Source of the DNA: Candidatus Nanopelagicus sp.
Lineage (GTDB): Bacteria > Actinomycetota > Actinomycetes > Nanopelagicales > Nanopelagicaceae
Direction: 5' to 3'
Length of the DNA: 58,225 nucleotides
NCBI GenBank assembly: GCA_051006855.1
Contig: JBPCSS010000021.1
Span: 1-58,225 of the forward strand
Shown: positions 19,935 to 29,248 of the stretch, piece after piece
Position numbering within the stretch: the first letter of the stretch is position 1
Layout of the letters: each line of letters opens with the position of its first letter
Notes under the pieces: generated by a model
What the model was told of the DNA's origin: nothing
Seen by the model: only the letters and a program-made list of their open reading frames with translations
Databases searched by the model: none
Translations under genes and position numbers: made by a program

Positions 19935-21328
19935 ATCAGCCAATCCCAACTTTGTCCATCTTTACCATCCCTGACAACAACACCTAACTGCGCAAGTTCA
20001 TCACGTAGACGATCACTCTCAGCAAAATCTCCCAGACCTCTAGCAAGTGCGCGCTTTTCTAGTAATACTTTCTCAAGTTGGCCTAACACCTTTTGCCCAT
20101 TTTGCACCAATAGATTTAATCCAAATAGGTTATCCAAGCTTGAGAAAACCTGGAATTTAGTTGAATCCTTAATTTCTTCAGATTTTTCTATAGTTCGCAA
20201 TTTTTGCAAGGCCCGTGGCGTATCAAGATCCTGCCTGAAATCTGCAATAACTTCAGCGATGAGCTCACTTGCATTTACTTGATCAACTGATTTGTCACTT
20301 TGCCAAAGTTTAATTTTCTCTCGCCATCTTTGAATTAGTAAATGAGCCGCCTTTAAACTTTCCCAACTCAAATCCATCTGACTGCGATATCTATTCTCCA
20401 AAAAGCATAAGCGAAGTGCGAGTGGATCAATATGTTTAGAAATCAAATCAGATACCAGCACAACATTGCCAGTGCTTTTTGCCATATTTCTGCCCTCAAA
20501 AAGCAAGTGTTCACCGTGCACCCAGAGCGCAACAGATTCTTTGTCGATTGCTGAATTTGATTGAGCCCGTTCATCTTCATGGTGGGGAAACCGTAAATCA
20601 ATGCCACCAAGGTGAAGATCAACATATTCATCTAAATAGTGCAATGACATTGCAGAGCACTCAACATGCCAACCTGGAAATCCTGGACCCCATGGTGAAT
20701 CCCAAATCATTTCCTTACGTTCACCAGCTGCCTTCCATAGCGCCCAATCTGCATGAAATCTTTTGGCGCCGTCTTCGGTATATTCAAAACGATGGCCCGG
20801 CTTTAGTGAATCTAATCTGTTGCCACTGATAGCACCGTAAGTATCAAATGATTGCGCCGCAAAATAAACGCAATTATCACTACCAACATATGCATGATTT
20901 TTTGAGATTAATAAAGTAATTAACTTTTGCATTAAATCAATGCACTCACTTGCCCTTGGATACTTATCAGCAGGTTTTATATTCAAATGGCCTAAATCTT
21001 TATGAAATCGATCTTCATATATTCTTGCTATCTCAAAAGGATCCTTAGATTCAGCTTTTGCTTGAGCCAGGATTTTATCTTCGACAAAATCCTCAGACAT
21101 GTGTCCAACATCTGTGATGTTTTGGATGAATTCAACTTTATGTCCAAGATGCTTGGCTAATCTGGTGATTAAATCACCCAAAAGAAATGTCCGCATATTG
21201 CCAACATGGGCATCTCGGTAAACAGTTGGGCCACAACTATAAATTCTTAATCTTTTTCCATCACTACTTTTTAGTGATTGCAACTGCCTACTTTTAGTGT
21301 CAAAAAGCAATATCTCTTCATTACTCAT
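19931..21328 (-). CDS. cysS: Cysteine--tRNA ligase
   Basis: CGPTVY; HIGH-like HVGN; GWHVECSAM; GGIDLRFPHH; KMSKS-like NMAKS; C-terminal anticodon domain (DRLRDEL...DG). Confidence 0.88.
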   Translation of the reverse strand: MSNEEILLFDTKSRQLQSLKSSDGKRLRIYSCGPTVYRDAHVGNMRTFLLGDLITRLAKHLGHKVEFIQNITDVGHMSEDFVEDKILAQAKAESKDPFEIARIYEDRFHKDLGHLNIKPADKYPRASECIDLMQKLITLLISKNHAYVGSDNCVYFAAQSFDTYGAISGNRLDSLKPGHRFEYTEDGAKRFHADWALWKAAGERKEMIWDSPWGPGFPGWHVECSAMSLHYLDEYVDLHLGGIDLRFPHHEDERAQSNSAIDKESVALWVHGEHLLFEGRNMAKSTGNVVLVSDLISKHIDPLALRLCFLENRYRSQMDLSWESLKAAHLLIQRWREKIKLWQSDKSVDQVNASELIAEVIADFRQDLDTPRALQKLRTIEKSEEIKDSTKFQVFSSLDNLFGLNLLVQNGQKVLGQLEKVLLEKRALARGLGDFAESDRLRDELAQLGVVVRDGKDGQSWDWLI

Positions 21329-21507
21329 TTGTTCGGCACAACCTTCCAGAGTGCAATCTTTGCTGGATCGAAGGTAACGACGGTGCCATCCTTTTTTCGA
21401 ACTGTGTTTTCACTCTCTAAAACACCGAGAATATCCCGATAACCACCAGCAGGATCATGCAGGCGAATACTGACTCGCTGACCTACCTGTGCCGCAGATG
21501 GCTGCAC
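21325..21507 (-). CDS. Small protein resembling the N-terminal SH3-like domain of actinobacterial GNAT acetyltransferases
   Basis: VGQRVSIR...DILGVL...VRKKDG...KVVP; divergent from fdxA; 4-nt overlap with the cysS start. Confidence 0.65.
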   Translation of the reverse strand: MQPSAAQVGQRVSIRLHDPAGGYRDILGVLESENTVRKKDGTVVTFDPAKIALWKVVPNK

Positions 21508-21599
21508 TTGACCCCCTCGATTAAACTCAGCCCACGAAAGACCAATAGTTAATGGCAGTATTGTCTACCTATTCGGCGGATATAACTGTAAGGAGAAGC

Positions 21600-21920
21600 G
21601 TGACCTACATAATTGCTCAACCATGTGTTGATGTTAAAGATAAATCTTGCATTGAAGAGTGCCCCGTTGATTGCATCTATGAGGGTGATCGAATGCTTTA
21701 TATCCAACCTGATGAATGTGTTGATTGCGGAGCATGTGAACCGGTCTGCCCAGTAGAAGCTATTTACTATGAAGATGATGTTCCTTCGCAGTGGAAGGAA
21801 TACAGCGAGGTTAATACTAAATTTTTTGTTGAGATTGGATCCCCTGGCGGTGCTGCAAAGTTAGGTCCGATTGGAAAAGATCACCAAACGGTGGCAGCTC
21901 TTCCACCACAAGAAAAGTAG
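21600..21920 (+). CDS. fdxA: Ferredoxin (7Fe type)
   Basis: TYIIAQPCVDVKDKSCIEECPVDCIY...CVDCGACEPVCP. GTG start at 21600 after AGGAG. Confidence 0.95.
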   Translation: MTYIIAQPCVDVKDKSCIEECPVDCIYEGDRMLYIQPDECVDCGACEPVCPVEAIYYEDDVPSQWKEYSEVNTKFFVEIGSPGGAAKLGPIGKDHQTVAALPPQEK

Positions 21921-21927
21921 GCCGCAC

Positions 21928-22974
21928 CTGAAACTGCCAGATTTCCCCTGGGATCTTTTGGCGCCCTACGGTGAAAAAGCAAAAAAATACGCAGGCGGCT
22001 TTATTGATCTTTCCCAAGGAACTCCAGTTGATCCAACTCCAAAATTTATTCAAGATGCACTAACTGCTGCAAGTAATTCGCCAAGTTATCCAGTTGTTGC
22101 TGGCACTAAAGAATTACAAGAAGCAATTCGAACCTGGTCGATTAAACATTTAGGTGTGACGGGCGAGTTTGATGTTTTGCCCTCAATTGGTTCAAAGGAA
22201 TTTATTGCCTTACTTCCAACCTTCCTACAAAGCAAAAAAGTTTTATATCCAAAGGTGGCATATCCAACCTATCTAGTAAGTGCCATGATGGCCTCAGCCC
22301 AAGCAATTCCAGTAGAAATTGATGCCAACACCTGGCCAGCGGCAGATTTAGCTTGGCTCAACTCACCTTCAAATCCAACAGGCCAGGTGCAAAGTGATGA
22401 GCAGTTAAAGGCTTGTATAAATTGGGTGCGTAAAAATAATTCAATTATCGCAAGTGATGAGTGTTATTTAAGTTTTGCTAACAATGCTAAATCAATTTTG
22501 GCTCTAGCTAATAAAGATAACACCGGCTTGCTTGCCGTACTTTCCCTTTCAAAACGATCCAACTTAGCCGGCTACCGCGCAGGCTTTGTAGTGGGAGATA
22601 GCAAGTTAATTGATCAAATTAGGCAGGTAAGAAAACATGCCGGTTTGATGGTGCCATTACCTGTTCAGCAGGCAATGATCACAGCATTATCAGATGAAGA
22701 TCATGTAATAGCGCAGGCAGCCCGATACCGCGCTCGCCGGGAAACTTTAAAATCAGCATTGCTTGGCCAAGGTTTTAAAATTGAATATAGCGAGGCTGGT
22801 TTATACATCTGGTGCACCAGAGGCGAAGATGGGTACAAAACTGTTGATTACTTTGCTCAACTTGGAATTTTAGTAACCCCAGGTGCTTTTTATGGCAGTG
22901 ATAATTTTGTAAGAATTGCGTTAACTGCAACCGATGAAAATATTGATAAAGCAGCAGCACGGATTAATTCATGA
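21928..22974 (+). CDS. dapC: Succinyldiaminopimelate transaminase
   Basis: LPDFPWD, DLSQGTPVD, NSPSNPTG, SDECY, SLSKRSNLAGYR; fdxA-dapC synteny. Start uncertain (CTG 21928 or TTG 21871). Confidence 0.9.
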   Translation: MKLPDFPWDLLAPYGEKAKKYAGGFIDLSQGTPVDPTPKFIQDALTAASNSPSYPVVAGTKELQEAIRTWSIKHLGVTGEFDVLPSIGSKEFIALLPTFLQSKKVLYPKVAYPTYLVSAMMASAQAIPVEIDANTWPAADLAWLNSPSNPTGQVQSDEQLKACINWVRKNNSIIASDECYLSFANNAKSILALANKDNTGLLAVLSLSKRSNLAGYRAGFVVGDSKLIDQIRQVRKHAGLMVPLPVQQAMITALSDEDHVIAQAARYRARRETLKSALLGQGFKIEYSEAGLYIWCTRGEDGYKTVDYFAQLGILVTPGAFYGSDNFVRIALTATDENIDKAAARINS

Positions 22975-23942
22975 GTACTAGTGCAATTTTGTTAGTAGGC
23001 GGAATGGGCACAAGGTTGCTTCCACTTACCCTAAAAACCCCAAAACCAATGTTGCAGGTTGCCGGAGTTCCATTTACAGAACACCAAATTAGGAAAGCAG
23101 CAGATGCTGGTATTGCTGAGATCGTTTTAGCTACCTCTTATAAATCTGAGCTATTTGAGCCTTACTTTGGCAATGGTGAAAGATTTGGTATCAAAATTAA
23201 ATATGCAGTTGAAAAGAGTGCACTAGGCACAGGCGGGGGAATAAGAAATGCGGCAAATTTATTAGCAGATTGTGATCAGGTCGTGATCTTCAACGGCGAT
23301 GTATTAAGTGGCCATGATTTAAAAGCGCAATTAGAGTTCCATAAGAAAAACCAAGCTGATATCACTTTGTATTTAACACAGGTAGAAGATGCCAGAGCAT
23401 TTGGTTGTGTTGAACTATTGGAAAATAAGCAGGTTAAATCATTCCTTGAAAAGATGGAAAATCCGATCAGCAATCTCATCAATGCCGGTTGTTATATTTT
23501 TAATAGGCAAATAATTGATCAAATTCCGCAGGATAAAGTTGTAAGTGTGGAGCGGGATACATTTCCAAATCTTCTAGCAAATAATGCAAAGGTATTTGGT
23601 TACCTAGACAACTCATATTGGTTAGATATTGGTACACCTGCCGCCCTTGTTAAGGCTTCAGCTGATTTAATTACCGGAGCGATCACATCCTCTGCCACAC
23701 CTAAACACAAAGGTGATAATTTAATTTCACCATCAGCGCAGATTGGCACAGGTTGTGTGATTAACAATGGCTCAGTAATTGAATCTGAAGTTGTAGTTGA
23801 GAGTAATTGCCAAATTACTGGTTCAATTATTGGCAGTGGGGCGAAAATTGGTGGCAATTGCAAAATAATTGACTCAATAATCGCACCAGGGGCCCAAATT
23901 GAGGCTGGAATGGTGGTTTTGACCAATTATTTAGGCTTTTAA
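22971..23942 (+). CDS. Mannose-1-phosphate guanylyltransferase / NDP-sugar synthase
   Basis: LVGGMGTRLLPLT...PKP, LGTGGGI, FNGD, YWLDIGTP; C-terminal hexapeptide repeats. Confidence 0.88.
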   Translation: MSTSAILLVGGMGTRLLPLTLKTPKPMLQVAGVPFTEHQIRKAADAGIAEIVLATSYKSELFEPYFGNGERFGIKIKYAVEKSALGTGGGIRNAANLLADCDQVVIFNGDVLSGHDLKAQLEFHKKNQADITLYLTQVEDARAFGCVELLENKQVKSFLEKMENPISNLINAGCYIFNRQIIDQIPQDKVVSVERDTFPNLLANNAKVFGYLDNSYWLDIGTPAALVKASADLITGAITSSATPKHKGDNLISPSAQIGTGCVINNGSVIESEVVVESNCQITGSIIGSGAKIGGNCKIIDSIIAPGAQIEAGMVVLTNYLGF

Positions 23943-23968
23943 TTTTGCCCAATTTGCACAATCTCAAC

Positions 23969-23997
23969 TTGACTTAATCGAGTTACAAGCGTGTAAT
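23969..23997 (+). promoter_or_regulatory. Housekeeping-sigma promoter of whiB2
   Basis: TTGACT-N17-TGTAAT; the -10 overlaps the inverted repeat TTACA-agcg-TGTAA (23983-23996). Confidence 0.7.
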
Positions 23998-24066
23998 TCT
24001 CCTATTAGTGGGCACACCCTGGCCCTTAGGTACTCCAGTTAAATTGGATGAGTAAATAGGAGAGAT

Positions 24067-24333
24067 ATGTCAGATCAGCGTGCAGAGCTTGCAGCCCTTG
24101 TGGTTTCCTCAGAACAACTTTCATGGCAGGAGCGTGCATTGTGCGCTCAAACCGATCCAGAAGCATTCTTTCCTGAGAAGGGTGGCTCAACCCGTGAGGC
24201 CAAGCGCGTCTGCCTTTCCTGTGAGGTTCGTGCTGAGTGTTTGGAATACGCCCTAGCTCATGATGAGCGGTTTGGAATTTGGGGTGGATTATCTGAACGT
24301 GAGCGTCGACGCTTAAAGCGCCGTAGCGCATAA
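24067..24333 (+). CDS. whiB2: WhiB family regulator, WhiB2/WhmD class
   Basis: WQERALCAQTDPEAFFPEKGGSTREAK, four Cys, GIWGGLSERERR; AGGAG RBS. Confidence 0.95.
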   Translation: MSDQRAELAALVVSSEQLSWQERALCAQTDPEAFFPEKGGSTREAKRVCLSCEVRAECLEYALAHDERFGIWGGLSERERRRLKRRSA

Positions 24334-24341
24334 AATTACGG

Positions 24342-27300
24342 GTGGCTGAAAAGCAAAGCACCGGGACGCAACTCCAACTTAAAGATCAATTTGTAACAGC
24401 AATTGTTGTTACCCATGATGGTGTCACCTGGCTAAGTGAGGTTGTTGCCTCCCTTTCTTCGCAAAAACATAAAGTTGATCAAATTATTGCAGTTGATAAT
24501 GGCTCTATTGATGGCTCAGTTAAGTTATTAACTAACGCCGGTATTGAGGTAATAAAAAAATCTAGGCGAAATGGTTTTGGAGCAGCGGTTGCAGCAGCGG
24601 TGGCAAAACTTCCGCCTGCAGATTATGAAAGCAATCAACAAGAGTGGTTATGGATTTTGCATGATGATTGCGCACCAGATCGATATGCCTTAGCAAAATT
24701 GTTAGAGGCGGTAGTTGCAAGACCGCAAGTTGGTATCGCCGGTCCAAAAATTCTTGGCTGGTATGACCGTAAACATATTTTAGAAGCTGGTATCAGCATT
24801 ACTGAAAATGGCACTCGCTGGACAGCTCTAGAAGATAGAGAACATGACCAAGGGCAACATGATGAAATTAAAGATGTGTTGGCGGTAAGCACAGCTGGCA
24901 TGTTGATTAAGCGATCACTATTTGAAGAGTTAGGTGGGTTTGATCCCAGCCTTGAGCTGTTTCGTGATGATATTGATTTAGGTTGGCGGGCACACATAGC
25001 TGGCCACTCAGTAGTTTGTGTTGGTGAGGCAATTCTCTACCACGCAGAGGCTGCATCTTCAGAACGAAGGTCTGTCGATGTTAGAGATGCAATCTTGCGC
25101 AGACCGTTGCTGTTAGATCGACGAAATGCAGCTTTTGTTTTACTTGCAAACTCAAGTTGGTGGATTTTGCCTTGGGTGGCTATTCAACTGCTTTTCACTT
25201 CAATTGGTCGATCAATTATTTACTTGCTGGCAAAGTTACCAGGCTATGCAGCGGATGAGATTGCAGCGGTTGCACTTTTAATTTTTAAGCCAGCGGATTT
25301 AATTAAATCTAGGCGATATCGAAAATCTAGCAAAGTATTAACTGCCAGAGTTATTACACCATTCATCCCAAGTCGTGGTCTGCAATTACGGTCAATCGTA
25401 GAGAGAATTTCATCCTCATTAGGAAATGCCTTTAAGCCAAACCGGGCTGATGGTGAAATAACTAGAGCAAAGAATTATTCAGATATTGGCGTAATTGATG
25501 AAAGCTTTGATGAGATTGAATATGCCCCAAGCAAGAGCTTTAGCAAAATCCAATCTCTAGTTAAGCAACCTTTGTTATTAGGAATATTGCTCACATTATT
25601 TATATCAATCCTTTACTCTCGAAATCGCTTTGGATCTTTATCTGGGGGAGCATTAGCGGTTGCTCCAGCAAGTGCTTTTGAGTTAATTACATCTTACGTA
25701 AACTCATGGCACGTGGTGGGACTAGGTAGCAGTGCTGCTGCACCAGCTTGGATTCCTATCATTGGAGTTGCATCATTTGTAACAGCAGCTAATCCGCAAA
25801 GTTTTATTGCAGCCCTTTTCTTTTTGACTCCGACCTTATTATTTATACTTAGCTATCGAACAGCCAGACGCTACTCACTTACCAAATACTCCAGTGTTTT
25901 TGTGGCCTTTATCTATGCATTTTCACCGGTAACACTTTCGGCAATTAACCAAGGTCGCATTGGCACCATTGTGATTGCACTATTGCTACCGGGGTTATTT
26001 ACATTACTTGAGAAAAATCGAGGTCTGCAGAATTTAACCTGGCGAAAGATTTTTTCAATCACATTAGTAGCAACTGTGGCTGGTGCATTTTCGCTGCTAT
26101 TTCTACTGGCTTGGACCCTCTTCCATCTATCGGTATTTATCTATACCTATTTCACCTCAGCAAAATGGCGCACTGATAATCTGCAACAAATCCTAAAAAA
26201 TCTTGATACCGATGAGTTTAAAAAACGTGCCGCCTTAATCTTTACTCCAATAGTGACCAATGTTCCAATCTCAATAAATTTATTGTTAAATCCTGTTTCG
26301 GCGATTCGCGAGCCAGGACTTTCGATTGAATCAGCCAACCCCCTTTCAATACTTTTCTTTAATCCAGGCGGGCCAAGTGCGCCAACTCTATTTATTTTGG
26401 CGCCATTTGTTCTTTTCCTATTAATCGGAGTAATTTCAAAAGATCAGCGTAAATCTGCAACTGTTGCTTTATTTGCAATCGTATTGGCAGCAACTATTAG
26501 CTCTTACTACATGGAGGTGAATGGCAGCAGTGCGCAACGAATTTATAGTGGGCCGTTAATTGTTTTTGCTCAACTCTTAACTTTGCTCTCAATATTTGCG
26601 ATTGCTGAGCGAATTCTGCCGCAACTAAAGCGCAGCAACTTTGGGTTCAGGCACATCGCTTCAGTTTTAACTTCTTTGGTGACAGTGGTTTCCATGCTTT
26701 CAATCTCAATCTGGAGTGTCACGCTTGGCGCTGATTCTTTAGTTCGATCAAATCAAGAGCAAGTCATCCCTGCCTTTATTACTGATCTTGCCAGCACAAG
26801 TGAGCGTCCTAAAACTTTAGTGATAAGAAAAAGTCCAGAACGGTTGCAGTACTTTGTAACAAGGGGGAGTGATCTGCAAATTGGGCAAGCCGACGTTGCA
26901 AGTAAAACCCCAGAACAATTTCACAAAGCGATTGTTGATTTAGTAAATGGCGTCGGTGGTAGTAGCAGTCAGGTTCTTGGACACTATGGGATCCAATATG
27001 TGTATATGAAAAATCCAGCCGATGCAGGTTTAGTTCGAATAATCGATGGAATTGGCGGATTCACCCGAAGCTCTGCAACTAAAGATGGTGTTGTTTGGAA
27101 AGTCGAAAAATCTCATGCGCGTGTTACTTATCAAAACCCACAGGGAAAGTTTTTTCCAATTAGTTCAACTGACAAAGCATCAACCTCTTATGTTTCAGGT
27201 CAGGGATATATTTTATTGGCTGAAAAATATGACAAAGCTTGGCATTTATTACTAAATGGAAAAGTAGTTCCAATTGAACAACATCCATTTGGTATACCTA

Positions 27301-27461
27301 TGTTTAAAATTTCAGAGCCTGGTGAATTCTCATTAACTCATGATGGTACAAACCGAAGAGCTTGGATCTCAATTCAATTAATAGCGTTAATTTCTGCGAT
27401 TGTTCTTGCGTTACCTGCTGGACGAAGAAAACGAGAAGTTCCGCTCAAGGAGCTGGTATGA
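24342..27461 (+). CDS. Large GT2 glycosyltransferase fused to a multi-TM region and a C-terminal extracytoplasmic domain
   Basis: N-terminal GT2 motifs (AVDNGS.D, WILHDDC, GGFDP, DDIDLGWR); many TM helices; C-terminal TM followed by a basic tail. Confidence 0.85.
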   Translation: MAEKQSTGTQLQLKDQFVTAIVVTHDGVTWLSEVVASLSSQKHKVDQIIAVDNGSIDGSVKLLTNAGIEVIKKSRRNGFGAAVAAAVAKLPPADYESNQQEWLWILHDDCAPDRYALAKLLEAVVARPQVGIAGPKILGWYDRKHILEAGISITENGTRWTALEDREHDQGQHDEIKDVLAVSTAGMLIKRSLFEELGGFDPSLELFRDDIDLGWRAHIAGHSVVCVGEAILYHAEAASSERRSVDVRDAILRRPLLLDRRNAAFVLLANSSWWILPWVAIQLLFTSIGRSIIYLLAKLPGYAADEIAAVALLIFKPADLIKSRRYRKSSKVLTARVITPFIPSRGLQLRSIVERISSSLGNAFKPNRADGEITRAKNYSDIGVIDESFDEIEYAPSKSFSKIQSLVKQPLLLGILLTLFISILYSRNRFGSLSGGALAVAPASAFELITSYVNSWHVVGLGSSAAAPAWIPIIGVASFVTAANPQSFIAALFFLTPTLLFILSYRTARRYSLTKYSSVFVAFIYAFSPVTLSAINQGRIGTIVIALLLPGLFTLLEKNRGLQNLTWRKIFSITLVATVAGAFSLLFLLAWTLFHLSVFIYTYFTSAKWRTDNLQQILKNLDTDEFKKRAALIFTPIVTNVPISINLLLNPVSAIREPGLSIESANPLSILFFNPGGPSAPTLFILAPFVLFLLIGVISKDQRKSATVALFAIVLAATISSYYMEVNGSSAQRIYSGPLIVFAQLLTLLSIFAIAERILPQLKRSNFGFRHIASVLTSLVTVVSMLSISIWSVTLGADSLVRSNQEQVIPAFITDLASTSERPKTLVIRKSPERLQYFVTRGSDLQIGQADVASKTPEQFHKAIVDLVNGVGGSSSQVLGHYGIQYVYMKNPADAGLVRIIDGIGGFTRSSATKDGVVWKVEKSHARVTYQNPQGKFFPISSTDKASTSYVSGQGYILLAEKYDKAWHLLLNGKVVPIEQHPFGIPMFKISEPGEFSLTHDGTNRRAWISIQLIALISAIVLALPAGRRKREVPLKELV

Positions 27462-28819
27462 GACAAAAACTCACATCTTTTTACAATAAAAATATAGTTA
27501 AATTAAATTTTAAGGTTGTAGCGCTTTGTTTAGCCCTGCTGATTTTGGCTGGTTTTTCATATTTCGCCCCCGAGCGCAGTGAGCAGGTTAAGTTAACCAG
27601 TTCTTATCCCGCCACGGTTTGTCCTGCGATTGGCAATAAAGTGTCTTCAATTGCTGCACTGACAAAATCAATAATTAATAGAAGATCCATTGACGGCAGC
27701 AGCAAACGATTAAATCCTGGAAAAAGTTCGGCAATTGCATTGAAAGATAATGCAATATTGGTTGAAGGTAACCCTGGCACATCACTGACCTTTGCAAATA
27801 ATGGCTGGAAAGCAGTAGTGCCTTGCTCAATCAGTAATGGGGAGCAGTGGTTTATTGGTGGTTCAGGTGCGCTAACAAGTAAGTCTTATCTTTTTATTAT
27901 TAATAGTGGCTTTAGTGAGTCCTCGGTTGATATTGAAATTTTTACACCCAATGGCCCATTAGAGCCAAGAACTGTTTCGATTCCACAAAATTCAACCAAG
28001 AAAATTTCAATTGACTCCTTAGTTCCTGGCGAAGAATCAATTGCGATTGCGGTTAAAACTAGATCGGGTCGGGTTAGCTCATATCTGTTTGATGAACGAA
28101 AAAAAGGACTTAAATCCCTGGGTGCTGATTTTGTTTCACCAGTTACGATCGCGCGTAAGTTTGTGACAATTCCAGCCATTACTGGTTTGTCTGGAAAGGT
28201 AGCAAGCAGTACTAATTCAGTCACCCACACGCTTAGGTTATTAGTTCCATCATCCATTGACGCAAATGTTGATGTAACGATCAATTCCAATGATGGTAAT
28301 TTTATTCCGGTTGGACTTTCACAATTAGATGTTAAAAGCCAGAAAGTTTTAGATATTCCATTAACTTTTGCAAGGATTGATCAACCGTTTTCTGTAATTG
28401 TTAACTCAGACCAGCCAATTTTTGCTTCGGTACTAAGTAGCTTTAATTACGGCAAAAATCCTGAAATAGCCTGGGCAACGGGTGCTGATGAGCTTAAGAA
28501 GTGGAGTGTTAACTTAACTGGCTCAAGACCAACTCTTAATTTTGTTGGCGATCGGATAAATGTTCAGATTTCTGCAACTGGCACAAATGGTAAGAAAATT
28601 GTAAAGAAACTTTCTGCTTCAAACTTTATTACTTGGCGAGCGCCAGTTGGCTTGAATCGACTTGAGGTTACCGCTAGCCGGGATGGAATACGTGGGGGAG
28701 TAATCTTTTTACCGGAGGTTGGAGGTATTGGCAGTAGCTACATTCCTATGAATAATGGCGCTAATTTAGAAACTGCTGCCGAGCCAATCTCCGATGCCAA
28801 AGTCATTAGTAGAGGCTAA
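27458..28819 (+). CDS. DUF5719-like secreted/membrane-anchored protein
   Basis: N-terminal TM, then CP...C..W motifs and a beta-rich body; ATGA coupling to the GT2 stop; conserved position after whiB-GT2. Confidence 0.72.
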   Translation: MRQKLTSFYNKNIVKLNFKVVALCLALLILAGFSYFAPERSEQVKLTSSYPATVCPAIGNKVSSIAALTKSIINRRSIDGSSKRLNPGKSSAIALKDNAILVEGNPGTSLTFANNGWKAVVPCSISNGEQWFIGGSGALTSKSYLFIINSGFSESSVDIEIFTPNGPLEPRTVSIPQNSTKKISIDSLVPGEESIAIAVKTRSGRVSSYLFDERKKGLKSLGADFVSPVTIARKFVTIPAITGLSGKVASSTNSVTHTLRLLVPSSIDANVDVTINSNDGNFIPVGLSQLDVKSQKVLDIPLTFARIDQPFSVIVNSDQPIFASVLSSFNYGKNPEIAWATGADELKKWSVNLTGSRPTLNFVGDRINVQISATGTNGKKIVKKLSASNFITWRAPVGLNRLEVTASRDGIRGGVIFLPEVGGIGSSYIPMNNGANLETAAEPISDAKVISRG

Positions 28820-28858
28820 ATCCCAACTTTTACACCTTAGTCGTATTAACCTGTTGGC

Positions 28859-29209
28859 ATGCGAAAATCTGTAAGTCGCCGATGCTCAAGAGCAAGCTGC
28901 ACTAGTGCTGCAATAAAAACTCTTACCTATATTTACTCTGACTCAACTGCGGTATTGGGACCACTTTCAACTTATGCAGAGCCACATAATTACGATCTCT
29001 GTGCCGCACATAGCGAGCGATTAACTGTCCCAGTTGGTTGGAATGTGATTAAAGAAGAGGTTGTTGATCACAATACTGGTCCATCAGATGAAGACTTAAT
29101 GGCAATTGCTAATGCAGTACGAGAAGTGGCAAATACAGATATGGGTAATAAGAGTATGCAGCCAGAGCTTGGTCGCAGAGGCCATCTGCGAGTATTGCCT
29201 TCAAATTAA
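28859..29209 (+). CDS. DUF3499 family protein
   Basis: RRCSRASC...TLTYIYSDSTAVLGPL..AEPHNYDLC..H; C-terminal RRGHLRVL. Confidence 0.9.
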   Translation: MRKSVSRRCSRASCTSAAIKTLTYIYSDSTAVLGPLSTYAEPHNYDLCAAHSERLTVPVGWNVIKEEVVDHNTGPSDEDLMAIANAVREVANTDMGNKSMQPELGRRGHLRVLPSN

Positions 29210-29248
29210 TTTTTAATTTCACAATTCAACCCCTAAATTAAGGGCATT

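Noticed and set aside
19931-21328. Calling this gene mshC because it neighbours mshB
   Set aside because: It has the CysRS-type CGPTVY motif and a C-terminal anticodon-binding domain, and lacks the MshC CGITPY/HLGH motifs.
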